A stretch of DNA of 63,930 nt, the filler included, from Welwitschia mirabilis (Eukaryota): assembly GCA_051453625.1 (NCBI GenBank). It is 8 parts of one record of this genome, joined end to end, with 100 filler letters (N's around TTAATTAATTAA, not from the genome) between each part and the next. Parts side by side here need not be neighbours in the genome. Positions count along the whole stretch, not along the records: positions 41,307 to 53,638 come from JBOZIK010000001.1; positions 53,739 to 55,914 come from JBOZIK010000001.1; positions 56,015 to 58,295 come from JBOZIK010000001.1; positions 58,396 to 61,103 come from JBOZIK010000001.1; positions 61,204 to 62,600 come from JBOZIK010000001.1; positions 62,701 to 63,930 come from JBOZIK010000001.1; 2 more parts are not named here. The stretch is one strand, 5' to 3'. A program made the position numbers and the translations under genes. Under the pieces are notes generated by a model. The model ran no database searches. It had not been told where the DNA came from and saw only the letters and a program-made list of their open reading frames with translations. This document shows, piece by piece, positions 52,717 to 63,930 of this stretch. Position 1 is the first letter of the stretch; every line of letters begins with the position of its first letter.

Positions 52717-54182
52717 AGTAATTACTAATAATGGGCTATTATGCTACTTATTGAGCCTGTATGCAGTATCCATGCTTGAGGAAAGAAACTATTCCTAAAC
52801 CAGATGCGGTTTCACACGGAGTAGAACCATTAGTGAGTTCTAGAGCATAGCACTTACAATCATGAGGGAAGGATTGAGGTGCATGAGTTGAGTAGAAAAT
52901 TAGCTAGCTAGCATGAGGATTAAGTGTTATTAGAGGTCCAATTCATTTCAGTATTTGGGATGCCATTGTTGAGTCCTCAACATTGCTTTATTCATGCCAT
53001 TCTTCCCTCCAAACCCCATGACCTATTGATTGAGTTACAACGCTTAAAGATCTCAGGAGAAATGTTCTGTCTAGGACTATTGGTTAGGATGCTATGGTTG
53101 AAGTTTAAAAAAAAATAAAAATTAATGCATGTGCAAGTTTTTAAACCACCATCCTAGCATCAATACAATTCCGAGACACTTTTGATCTGTTGTAGGGAAT
53201 GTTTCTTAGATCATTAACCACCATTACTTGTGTTGATCTGAACGATATACAATTCATGCATAATGCAGTTGTGAAATGCCCCCTTTTCAGTTTGGCTCAC
53301 TTAATGCTCACCCACCATTACTCCTTTGGGCAAGCCATTATGCGTTCATCTATCATTAAGTGCCTTAATTAATTGACCATATTATTTGTACTGCCAGCCT
53401 TGCGAATGGTATTCTCTACCTTCATGACGCTCACAACCAATTCCCTCTTCTTCTGGATGCTGCAGACATATTCCTTCCTGCATTGCCTAGTCAACTGTGC
53501 ACTATTAGAAAAGGCATCTGAGACCGATTATAGGAGATCAGAACCTCATAACAAATTTTTTAAGAAAAGTAAAAATGTGGATGTGAAATTTCTATATATG
53601 GCTTTTATAACTAGATAAAAAGGTAAGTACTACATTATNNNNNNNNNNNNNNNNNNNNNNNNNNNNNNNNNNNNNNNNNNNNTTAATTAATTAANNNNNN
53701 NNNNNNNNNNNNNNNNNNNNNNNNNNNNNNNNNNNNNNTATTAACTGTTTAGATTTTTGTTTAGATGTTGACCTGTAGCAACACTTTATTTTTAGTTATT
53801 ATAGTATAGGTCTTCTTTTCGTAATTTCTATTTTTACATTCCAAAATAAATACTTTATCATCTTTTTCATTATCCAGATTATGTGCAGTGATGACAACTC
53901 TGTGCCTTGAGTTTTTCAATTTTTTACTTTTTTCAAAAAATTTAAGGTCTTTCTATCATCCTTTCTATATTCTAGATAACTCAGGAGGATAACATTCTTC
54001 TTTCTATGTTTTCTGTATCTGTTATTTTGCATTTCTATTTTCTATGTTTTTCATTTTTTATGTTTTTTATGGTTTCTATCATCCAAATAATCATCTANNN
54101 NNNNNNNNNNNNNNNNNNNNNNNNNNNNNNNNNNNNNNNNNNNNNNNNNNNNNNNNNNNNNNNNNNNNNNNNNNNNNNNNNN

Positions 54183-55900
54183 AGAGCATCTGTTCATAGA
54201 GGAAAATATCCGAGAAGGTTTGTTTGACTTCAAAATTAACTCAGGTACATACATTCAAGGTATGCAATTTCAAAAATTCTAGAAATTTATACATTTATTT
54301 CTTCAGAATCTAATTTTGCAAAACAAGATTTTTCAAAATATTGTTTTGATAACATTTTAAAATTTTTAAATATCTTTATTTCATCACAAAAGTAAAAGTA
54401 AGCCACTTTGCTTAATTTGCCCTTTGTCTTTGGAACTCCTATGAGTACACCTATAAAACCTAATGCTAATGTCACTCTTAGAGAACTAATTACTCATAAA
54501 AAATGTGAAACAACATATTGTCAACATCAAATAGTTAGTGATCACTTCAAGAAATGGTAACAAAATAATATGTGATAAAACTTACATGGCCAAATTTCCC
54601 ATCACTTTAAAAGATAAAGCTAAACTTTGTTAAGAATGATTTATCATAAACATTTAAAATCATGGAGTTAAGTTCAAGAAGATTTCATTAAGAGCTTCAT
54701 AATTGAAACTACCATTAAAAATATAAGAATGAAATAACCAACTTTTAATAACAACCTAATGAAGATTGTGCCTCTACCTATGAGATATTTTTTGTTGCTT
54801 TAGATTCAAATCCTATAGATGCTTTTTCTGAAAAAGAATTGGTAAACTACTTTTATAGTGGACTTAACAGTTAAACTAAGCAAATAGTTAATTTTTCATA
54901 TGGAGGAAACTTGTTAAACCTTAGTTTAGAAAATACTTAGAAAGTGTTAAAAGAATTAGTAAAAGTAAGTCAAACTTGGCCTAAACCCTTACCTAGAAAA
55001 AATCGAACTGTAGGTTAAATCATTAAAGATCTTAAAGACATTAAGCAAGAAAAAGAAGAAATAAAAACTAAAAATGAACTAATAAATATCATTAAGGATT
55101 TTATCTCAACTTTAGAAAAATACACTTAGATGATTTTAAATGCAAAAATGGCAACAGAGAAGAGTGTAGTTGTAGCTTCAACTTGTGATCTATGTGAAGA
55201 AAACTATCATGTGATAAAAGAGTGCCCTTTACTACCAATATTTAAAAAAAGAATTTATGAAGAAATATGTGCTTTTAACTAAAGTTCCTTAAATTTTAAC
55301 CAAAACCAAAACCAAAACTAAAGAATTCCTTGATTGATATTGGAGCTAGTATCAACATTATGATCTTAATATTTGTCAATGACTTATGTTAGAAAATAGA
55401 ATAGTGCCTACAAGGATTGTTTTAGAATTGGTAAATACATCTATTGAAAACCATTTAGGCATGATTAAGGATTTAGTCATTCAAATTGAATAAGCATTCT
55501 ATTCCATTGATGTGGTTGTGATAGAAGTTGAATATAATAGTGGTTATCCTTTACTTCTAGATAGAGTTTTTGGTGCAATATCCCATTATATTATAAATAC
55601 AAGAATAGGCTTGATGAAATGTCATTTAGAAAATAAAAAGCTTTTAATAAGATTATTTGACATAGCTAAAAAAGATTTAGGTAATGATTTGAGTGTAGAA
55701 GAAGAAATGAAGTCAACTTTATTTTTACAGCATCATCCACTTGAAGAAAAATGGTTAATGCTTCAAGAGCTAAGTTTGTATGATGATCAACTTAAAGTAG
55801 ATAACTTGAATTCTTTTGATAAAAATCAACTTGATTTTGACCATTTAGAAATTGATTATTTTAACATAAAGAGCTGAATCTGTTGACTGTGCAGAAGTCT
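54183..55900 (+). mobile_element. Athila-like gag and partial protease
   Basis: FPITLKDKAK, YFYSGLNSxTKQIV, CDLCEENYHVIKECP, LIDIGAS, YSIDVVVIEV. Confidence 0.8.
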
Positions 55901-56034
55901 AAGATTTGAGCAAANNNNNNNNNNNNNNNNNNNNNNNNNNNNNNNNNNNNNNNNNNNNTTAATTAATTAANNNNNNNNNNNNNNNNNNNNNNNNNNNNNN
56001 NNNNNNNNNNNNNNTTTGATGTTCAACTTCTAAA

Positions 56035-58295
56035 ACAACTACATCTATGGGATAGAAAGCTTCCTTTATCTGAATGACCAAGTCCTGTATTACACCTAAG
56101 GGTCTCTTGACAAATGAATCAGATAACTTCAAGACAATTTCCATAGGTTCTATTCTCTCTTCCAATCCTAAACATTTAAAAATGTGCAAGGGTATAATGT
56201 TAACACTAGTTCCTATATCTATCAAGGCTTTCTTAATTTTTTGGTTTCCTTCTAACGTGACACTAACAGTTGCTGCCCCCAGATCTTTAAATTTTGAACA
56301 CTTCTTGGAAACTAAATTGCTAATAGATTGGGCTAGGAAGACTTTATTGGGGATAGTTTGTTTTTGTTTTTTCCTGATTAGGTATTTCCATAGCTTAGAG
56401 TATTTGGGGTTTTCTTGCAAAAGTTCCTAGAAGGGTAAGTTGATGCTTACATTCTGCATTAAGGCTTTCAAGTGATCATCAAAGACAGGGTTTTCGTTAA
56501 GCCTATGAAGCCATGAGGTTGTAGTTTTCTTTTGCGATAAATTTTTCTTTTTATTACTAAGGGAAGAAGGGAAGGAATGATTTTCTAAGATTTCTATGTC
56601 CTCTTTCTCATCATTCTTATTATTGTAGAAAGTTAGAGCCTCATGATTATTGGGAGTTGTGATAGTTCCACTCATTATTACTACCTTACAATCTTTTTGT
56701 ACTTCATTAAGTTTTGGTAAAGGTTGAGTGGCAAGGGTCCCTTGTGGTCTTTAATTGGCAAGCATAGTTTGTTGTAAGATGTTCATGAGACTTTATATGT
56801 TTGCATTAGTCTTCTCTTGGGTTTTTCTCAACTCCTCAATAGAATTCCTAAGAGGATCACTATAGTTTTAGGAGTTGAAAGGGCTTTCNNNNNNNNNNNN
56901 NNNNNNNNNNNNNNNNNNNNNNNNNNNNNNNNNNNNNNNNNNNNNNNNNNNNNNNNNNNNNNNNNNNNNNNNNNNNNNNNNNNNNNNNTTCTCTTGGGTT
57001 TTTCTCAACTCCTCAATAGAATTCCTAAGAGGATCACTATAGTTTTAGGAGTTGAAAGGGCTTTCCATGTTATTTTGATAGTTGGATTGAAAGTTTTAAT
57101 GTTCAAATCTATTTTGGTAAGGTTAAGAGTTAGGGTAATGTGTTTGAAAATTATTAGGTTGTTCATTCATTCTATGTTGAGAATTATAATTGGGGACTTG
57201 TCTTTAATTATAATTTTGAGTGTAGTTGGAGGGTCCTTTATTGAACTTCTTCATAAATTCTCTCTTTGCATGTAGGAAGTAAAGGATACTCCTTCGTGAT
57301 GTGATAACTATCCTCACATAAATCACAAGTTGAAACAATGAATTAACTTTCTTAGTTACCACTTTAGCATCAAGGATCATCTAAGTGTATTTTTATAAAG
57401 TAGATGTAAAATCCTTAATGACGCTAGTTGGTTCATGTTCTATTTTGGTTTCAGTTTTCTCGTGTTTGACTTCTTTGAGGTCTTTGATGATTTGGCCTAC
57501 TATTCTATTTTCTCTAGATGAGGGTTTTAGCCAAGTTTGACTTACTTCCACTAAGTCTTCTAATATCTTCCAAGCATCTTCTAAAGTTTAGTTTAAGAGG
57601 TTTCCTGCATAAGAGAAATCTACAAGTTGCTTAGTATGACTGTTTAACCCACTATAGAAATAGTATATTAATTCTATCTTAGAAAAGGAATCTACTGGGT
57701 TTGAGTGTAAAGCTACAAATAATCTCTCATAAGCAGAAGCATAGTCTTCATTAGGTAGTTATTAGAAGTTTGTAACTTCTTTCTTACGTTTTTGGATGAT
57801 GGTTTCATTTATAAATCTTTGGATAAAGGCCTCTTGAACTTGGCTCCAAGATTTTAGGCTTTTATGAGAAATCGTTCTAAGCCAAAGTTTAGCCTTATCT
57901 CATAAAGTCATGGGAAAGATGATCATGTAANNNNNNNNNNNNNNNNNNNNNNNNNNNNNNNNNNNNNNNNNNNNNNNNNNNNNNNNNNNNNNNNNNNNNN
58001 NNNNNNNNNNNNNNNNNNNNNNNNNNNNNNAAGCTACGAAGAATCTCTCATAAGTAGAAGCATAGTCTTTGTTAGGAAGTTGTTAAAAGTTTATAACTTA
58101 TTTCTTACATTTTAGAATGTGATTTTATTCATAAATCTTTTGATAAAGGCTTCTTGAACTTAACTCCAAGATTTTAGGCTCTTATGTGGTATCATTCTAA
58201 GCCAAAGTTTAGCCTTATCTTGTAATGTCATGGGAAAAATAACCATATGGGTTCTATTAGTTATGTACTTTTTATCGTTTCTACAAGTAAGAATG
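56035..58295 (-). mobile_element. Athila-like gag-protease, same family as 54183-55900 but inverted
   Basis: FPMTLxDKAKLWL, YFYSGLNSHTKQLVD, CDLCEDSYHITKEYP, KFKDLGAATV..ALIDIGTSVNIIP..FYPIDVVVLE. Confidence 0.85.
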
Positions 58296-58488
58296 NNNNN
58301 NNNNNNNNNNNNNNNNNNNNNNNNNNNNNNNNNNNNNNNTTAATTAATTAANNNNNNNNNNNNNNNNNNNNNNNNNNNNNNNNNNNNNNNNNNNNCGCAC
58401 CCCCCCCCCCCCCCCCAACCCAAAGGTTAACGATTCTACAGATTCCTTAATAGAAAGATGAAGAGAAAAAGTATAAGGGGCTCCTTTT

Positions 58489-59890
58489 TTAAGAAATATA
58501 AGAAAGATGATTAGTAATATAATTATGTTTACATTCTTTATTTATGATGATTAGGTTAAATTCTGGCATTAAGTGTATCCATCGTATAAGTCTAAAGCTT
58601 AAATCTTTCTTTGTCATGAGGTATCTAATGGTGACATGAGTGCAGACATTGGTATGAAATCCAAAAAGGTAATGACAAAGTTTATTAAAACAAAAAATAA
58701 TGGCTAGCATTTCTTTTTGATAGTAGTATAATTTGATTGGTGGTGAAAGGATTTTACTAATATAGAAAATTATTATATATCCTTTATCATGTTTTTGATT
58801 TAAAACTCCACCTACAGTAATATCTCTAGCATCAAATATAAGTTTGAATATTTGCTCCAATAAGGTTCAATGACAATAGGCTTAAAAGTTATCTTGTCCT
58901 TAAGATTTTTTAAAGTAGTTTAACAAGTGTTAATCCACCCAAATTTGGTATTTTTTTTAAGACGTGACTAAAGTGGTTTGTAAATGTTAGCATAATTTTT
59001 AATAAATATTTAATATAATCTAGCATGACCAAGAAAAGATATTACTTGTTTAACATTAGCTAGAGGATTAATATTTTTGATAATGTCAATTTTTGAAGGA
59101 TCCATCCTAATGCCTTGGCTAGAAATATGGTGTCTAAGCACAATCCCAATCCTTACATGAAAATGACTCTTTTCCCAACAAAGATGAAGGCCACTCTTTA
59201 TGCAATGGTCAAGAACTATATCTAATATTTTTAATATTTGTTCAAAGAAATCATCAAAGATAGAAAGTCATCCATGAACATCTCTATAAAGTTTTTAATC
59301 ATATTAGATAAAATACCTATCATGGCTCTTTAAAATGGTTTTAGGAGGAATAAAATAAAGGGCATTATTTTGAATGAAAAGATGTTAAAAAAATAGGTGA
59401 AAGTAGTTTTGACTTAATCCTCATTGGTAATGAAAACTTGGTTATATCCATCAAACCCATCAAGAAAATAATAATAAGCATGGCCTTGGATTATATCAAG
59501 AACTTGATCAAGAAAAGGTAAAGGGTAATGATTCTTTTTGGTGATCTCATTAAGTTTCTTAAAATCAATGGACATTTGCCATTTCCCCCTCTTTTTAGAT
59601 ACAACTACAAGAGGACTTATTCATTCACTATCAAAAATAGCATAAATGATCTTGGCATTCATAAGTTTAATGTTTTAATCTTTGACTACTTACTTAAGGG
59701 CTAGATTAAGCATTCATTAAGGTTTTTAATGTATTTTAATTTTTCTTCTAAGTAGGTCTTGTTTTAAATAATATGAGAGCTATGGAATTTAAACCTTTAT
59801 GATTTCAAGCCAAGGCTTTTATTTTAGAAGTCAAAAGTTTAATTAAGGCTTTATCTTTGAAAGGATAAATACAAGCATTTATGATCAAAG
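58489..59890 (-). mobile_element. Athila-like RT-RNase H
   Basis: IDFKKLNEITKKNHYPLPFLDQVL, FLDGFDGYNQV, FMDD, FLGHA, IFDARDITVGGVLNQ, KEMLAIIF, RLIRWIHLMPEFNL. Confidence 0.88.
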
Positions 59891-59909
59891 GTTTTGAATT
59901 TAATGGTGT

Positions 59910-61000
59910 ATGTTGCGATGCTAATTTGTGAGAATTTGATGATGTATTTTAAGTACTTTTGCAAGACATTCATGCAGGTTTTGATGCAATACTGATGATT
60001 ATGATTATTTAATATGATGATAAGTAAAACATGTGATATTTGGCATTATTAGTAGTTTTCCAGTCTTATTCTGATACTGCAGGTTTGGAGAAAATACTTT
60101 ATAATCCAAAGACTAAGAAAAGAGCAAAAGAAGTGTTTCATCCTTTTCATCGTCCTCATAACAAACAAGATGATCATACTAGTAATGTGGTCAGAACCTG
60201 CGGCACTGATAGCAGCACATGGGGTACATGTTAACAGGGCATCAACTATATAGTCATCTGGATAACAGACAGGACGATAACATCAAAACTACGCATAGAT
60301 AACCCATGGGGCTAATGACAATACATGGCACATTGCTTAAGCTATTAAGTTAATGTCGTCTTCCCAGTCGTATGGATAACATACGAGATGACAACTGTTT
60401 TTACACTACAGTAATAAATTCTATTGTAAATGGGATCAAATGACCCATGTGGGTTATTAGGGTTTTTATTTTCCACATTTAGAATTTGCTTCCAAATCCC
60501 TCCTTGAAAAATTTATAAATACCCTTCTCCTCCTTTTTTTCCCCCCATCTTTTATACCCAATACTTGTGATGGAAGCTTGAAGGGTAAGAGGTCCATCTC
60601 ATGCTATAGAAAGGAGTCTTCTTGATGTTAGGTTGTGTCTCTCTCATTGAGGTGCTATTATTCTGATGTTGTAAGTGGATATTGTTTTGATTTCATTAGA
60701 TTAATACAAATTCTTCTTTCATCTCATTATTATACATCTACCTTATGATTAAGTTGACCTTAGCTAGTGACAAGCTTTAGTTTATTTAGATCTTAAGGGT
60801 AACCTTTATTAAGGTTGATCTTGTTTAGTGGAATAGATTTGCATTGTTTAATTAGGAATCAAGGGGGAGACCCTTATTTATAGACAGAAAAGGAAGGGAA
60901 ACGGACAGAGAAGTATAGGAAAAACCCTAGCTAACATACAAAGGAAAGTCGCAATAAAGTGGTAACAACTCAAGAAAACATTCAGTAAAATTATGAGAGA
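59910..61000 (+). mobile_element. Probable gypsy LTR
   Basis: Starts TGTTGCGATG, interrupts the pol remnant and contains TATAAATA at ~60514. Non-coding; right boundary uncertain. Confidence 0.5.
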
Positions 61001-61268
61001 ATAGTATCATCCTACTGGTCGTCCAGATGCTCACAGCAGAAGATGAAGATTGATAATTAGATATTTGTTCACTTCTAGTTTAACTGCCTGTGAACCACAT
61101 ATGNNNNNNNNNNNNNNNNNNNNNNNNNNNNNNNNNNNNNNNNNNNNTTAATTAATTAANNNNNNNNNNNNNNNNNNNNNNNNNNNNNNNNNNNNNNNNN
61201 NNNATAGAAAACTATTACTAATGATAGGCGAGTTGTCTTTTAATCTAATGATGTCTATCATTAAGCAG

Positions 61269-61373
61269 GGTCCAAACAGAGAAAGAGTTTAGAGTTGAGG
61301 TTGAAGCTATTGGAAGAGTTAAGCACAAAAGTCTAGTAAGGTTACTTGGTTACTGTGCAGAAGGTGCACAAAG
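61269..61373 (+). pseudogene. Isolated exon of a receptor-like cytoplasmic kinase (RLCK-V type), subdomains III-IV
   Basis: CAG acceptor, then [34 protein letters not shown](R). Ends at the expected AG| junction with GC instead of GT. No downstream kinase exons seen. Confidence 0.85.
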
Positions 61374-63930
61374 GCAACTGAGTTAATTCTAATGATGTTA
61401 GCAATGTGAATGATATTGCATTTTTTGAGAATAATTCTAGCATTCAAAGGTTTTCATCACAAGTGGAGATGATTATTTGATTATGATGATTCTAATCTCA
61501 AGCATACTAATATGTATGTACATTAATTTTATATGTTAATTACAATTATAAGAGAGCAAACACTATGTGCCCTAAACTGCCTGCGTACTTGATATTGACA
61601 AAAACCCCAAATAAAAGATATGTGCACCTTAATTTGATTTCATTCATGACATACTAGGCTTTTCACTAACTTAAGCACACTCATTATAACAACTCAACTC
61701 ACAGCTTGATATGGTTTGCCATATCCTCCAACATTTCCAAGATCAACTTGGCCAATAAATGATATGGCTTCATACCTGAGTTACCAAACTAGTTGTAAAG
61801 GTGCTATCATTAATGTTTCCAAACCAAATTACATCCATGTATGTAGCTATGTGAAAATCATTATTTTGTGTATGTAAAACCAAGTTGTGTTATCCCAGAA
61901 TCATGAGGGAATTATAAGGATTGTTTCCTTACCAAGTTGTGTATGTTTAGTCACTTGCCTTTATTTGATCATTTCCTTATCAGTTCCTAGTCTCTCTCTC
62001 CTAGCAAACACTTTCTTAGGACTCTGTCCTCTCATAACATTCTTTACATGTGAAATTTCAAACCCTAAAAAAATTAACACAAGTTCAGTCAACTTTTAGG
62101 TTGTAAAATAATGCTGAAATTCAAACAATCAGAATTTGTATTTTTGTTATTCTTTCTTGGTTAAGNNNNNNNNNNNNNNNNNNNNNNNNNNNNNNNNNNN
62201 NNNNNNNNNNNNNNNNNNNNNNNNNNNNNNNNNNNNNNNNNNNNNNNNNNNNNNNNNNNNNNNNNCAAACAATCAGAATTTGTATTTTTGTTATTCTTTC
62301 TTGGTTGAGTTTAGTTTTGTTTACAATTTTAACTTAGTATGCAATGAGAGGACCTACGTGTGTTGTAGTTCTTCCTAAGCATGTGCTTTGTTTCATTGGT
62401 TTTTGGTTTTTATTCACCCAGGAAAATAGTTTTACTCTTTTATATCCTTCTGAAAGGATTTCTGTCTTAGCCAGGAATGAATGCTTACAAGCAATACCCA
62501 TCAAGAAGAGTGCTACTTTTTCTTCCTCTTCTTCTTTCCTTCCTTCTTTTCTTCTTTTCCTATTTTTTTTTTTTTTGGAAGTTGGTTGTTATTTGTCAGG
62601 NNNNNNNNNNNNNNNNNNNNNNNNNNNNNNNNNNNNNNNNNNNNTTAATTAATTAANNNNNNNNNNNNNNNNNNNNNNNNNNNNNNNNNNNNNNNNNNNN
62701 ACTAAATCATGTAACTTCAGGGGCTGGGCCATCTGAAGGGCTCCTACTGGTCATAGGAGTGGCTGTCAGTGTTTGGGTGGTTATCAGTCTAGCTATTGCA
62801 TAATACATATGACTTCAGGGGGTTATCCCACCTGAGGGGTTCCTATTGGTTATAGGAATGATCTAGTAGACAATGAATAATTAACACCCCTCTGACGAGG
62901 CATACTATTCATACTATTCATACTATTCATCAAACTTTTTCATGAGATCTGGATATTTTACCTCGAATGTTGTATTGATTTGAGACTTGATCATTTGATA
63001 TTTTTATAGATTCCTTCTTAAAACCCCATTATCTTAAGCCTTGCCATGAACCATACTAGGAACTGTGAAGGTATAGTTCTACACCATGCTTACATGTACA
63101 GGATCTAGCATAATGATGACCTTTAGATGGACGAGTTGCTGTTGTTTGGATGGAGTGTTATCTTTATACTTATTACATGTATTTATTTGAAAGACTTTAT
63201 ATGTCTAATAGAATTGTATTATTTTAATAAACATGATTTTTGTGCTCAAATTCGTGTTAAGGATGTGTTGTAATCATATGAATATATTTTCAATATATTA
63301 AAAAGGTTAAAAGCATTTTTTTTAAGTAAATCTTATATGTCTATATGATGTTTTATGGAAATTATGGTATCTTAATTTAAGCCATCATTTTTTTATTCAT
63401 GACTCATATAAATAAGACATATGGTATTGAAATTATAAGTTTATTTTATTATAGCAAAATACTTTTAAGTATTACCTTAATAAAATGGTGAAGTTATTTG
63501 ATGTATAGACAAGTTTAATAAAAGAATAAACTTATGCCATTTATTAAATTTGAAAAATGTAGTATAGCTTAATTCTAAATAAATGATATAAAGGAAAAAA
63601 GGGAGGTTATAAAATCATAATGGTGACCTTTCTGTACATTTATTCTTTTACCGTTACATCAAGATGGTACTTATTAAATAAGAGAAAAAGCTAATTCTCA
63701 TTTAAAATGTAACTGCCATCATATTAAAATGATTTTTAGTAATGCAAGATTGATTTCTTCCAAGATTTCATGTGTCCTTTTCCTCCCTTTCGCGTAGTCA
63801 AATTTCTTCCTAAACTCTATATTTCTCTCAGTCGCTTTTATTGCATTTTTGCTTACGTGCTTTCTATGTAAAATCTCAGATGCAGTTACCTTCTGTAATG
63901 TGATCTTGCTTGCACATTATCTTTCTCTTT

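Noticed and set aside
52860-53025. Possible miR482-like hairpin (TCTTCCCTCCAAACCCCATGAC)
   Set aside because: About 7 mismatches to miR482 as I recall it, and only patchy stem complementarity.
24252-62656. Recurrent TTAATTAATTAA palindrome
   Set aside because: Always embedded in fixed-length N runs; an artificial scaffolding spacer.

Overview
This is an AT-rich land-plant nuclear window from a gappy draft assembly, dominated by nested, heavily decayed mobile elements. The only host gene is a ubiquitin-like + WLM metalloprotease gene resembling WSS1B (At5g35690). Two coding exons are visible (14785-15033, 22500-22712), separated by a 7.5 kb intron 1. Intron 2 appears to run more than 41 kb to the end of the window and is filled with Ty1/copia (SIRE-like) and Ty3/gypsy (Athila- and Tekay-like) elements, a possible hAT remnant, tRNA-derived repeats and an orphan receptor-like kinase exon. 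Upstream of the gene lies an endogenous caulimovirid RT-RNase H region interrupted by a ~7 kb minus-strand L1-type LINE with a poly(A) end and a 16-bp target-site duplication. The most unusual observation is in this LINE. Its ORF2 continues past the terminal zinc finger into a domain resembling the extra ORF of plant LTR retrotransposons, then a disordered linker, then a C-terminal DnaJ (J) domain just before the 3' UTR. Removing the LINE also restores a reading frame that links the viral sequence to within ~200 bp of the host start codon. All family assignments come from reading motifs by eye; no database searches were run.
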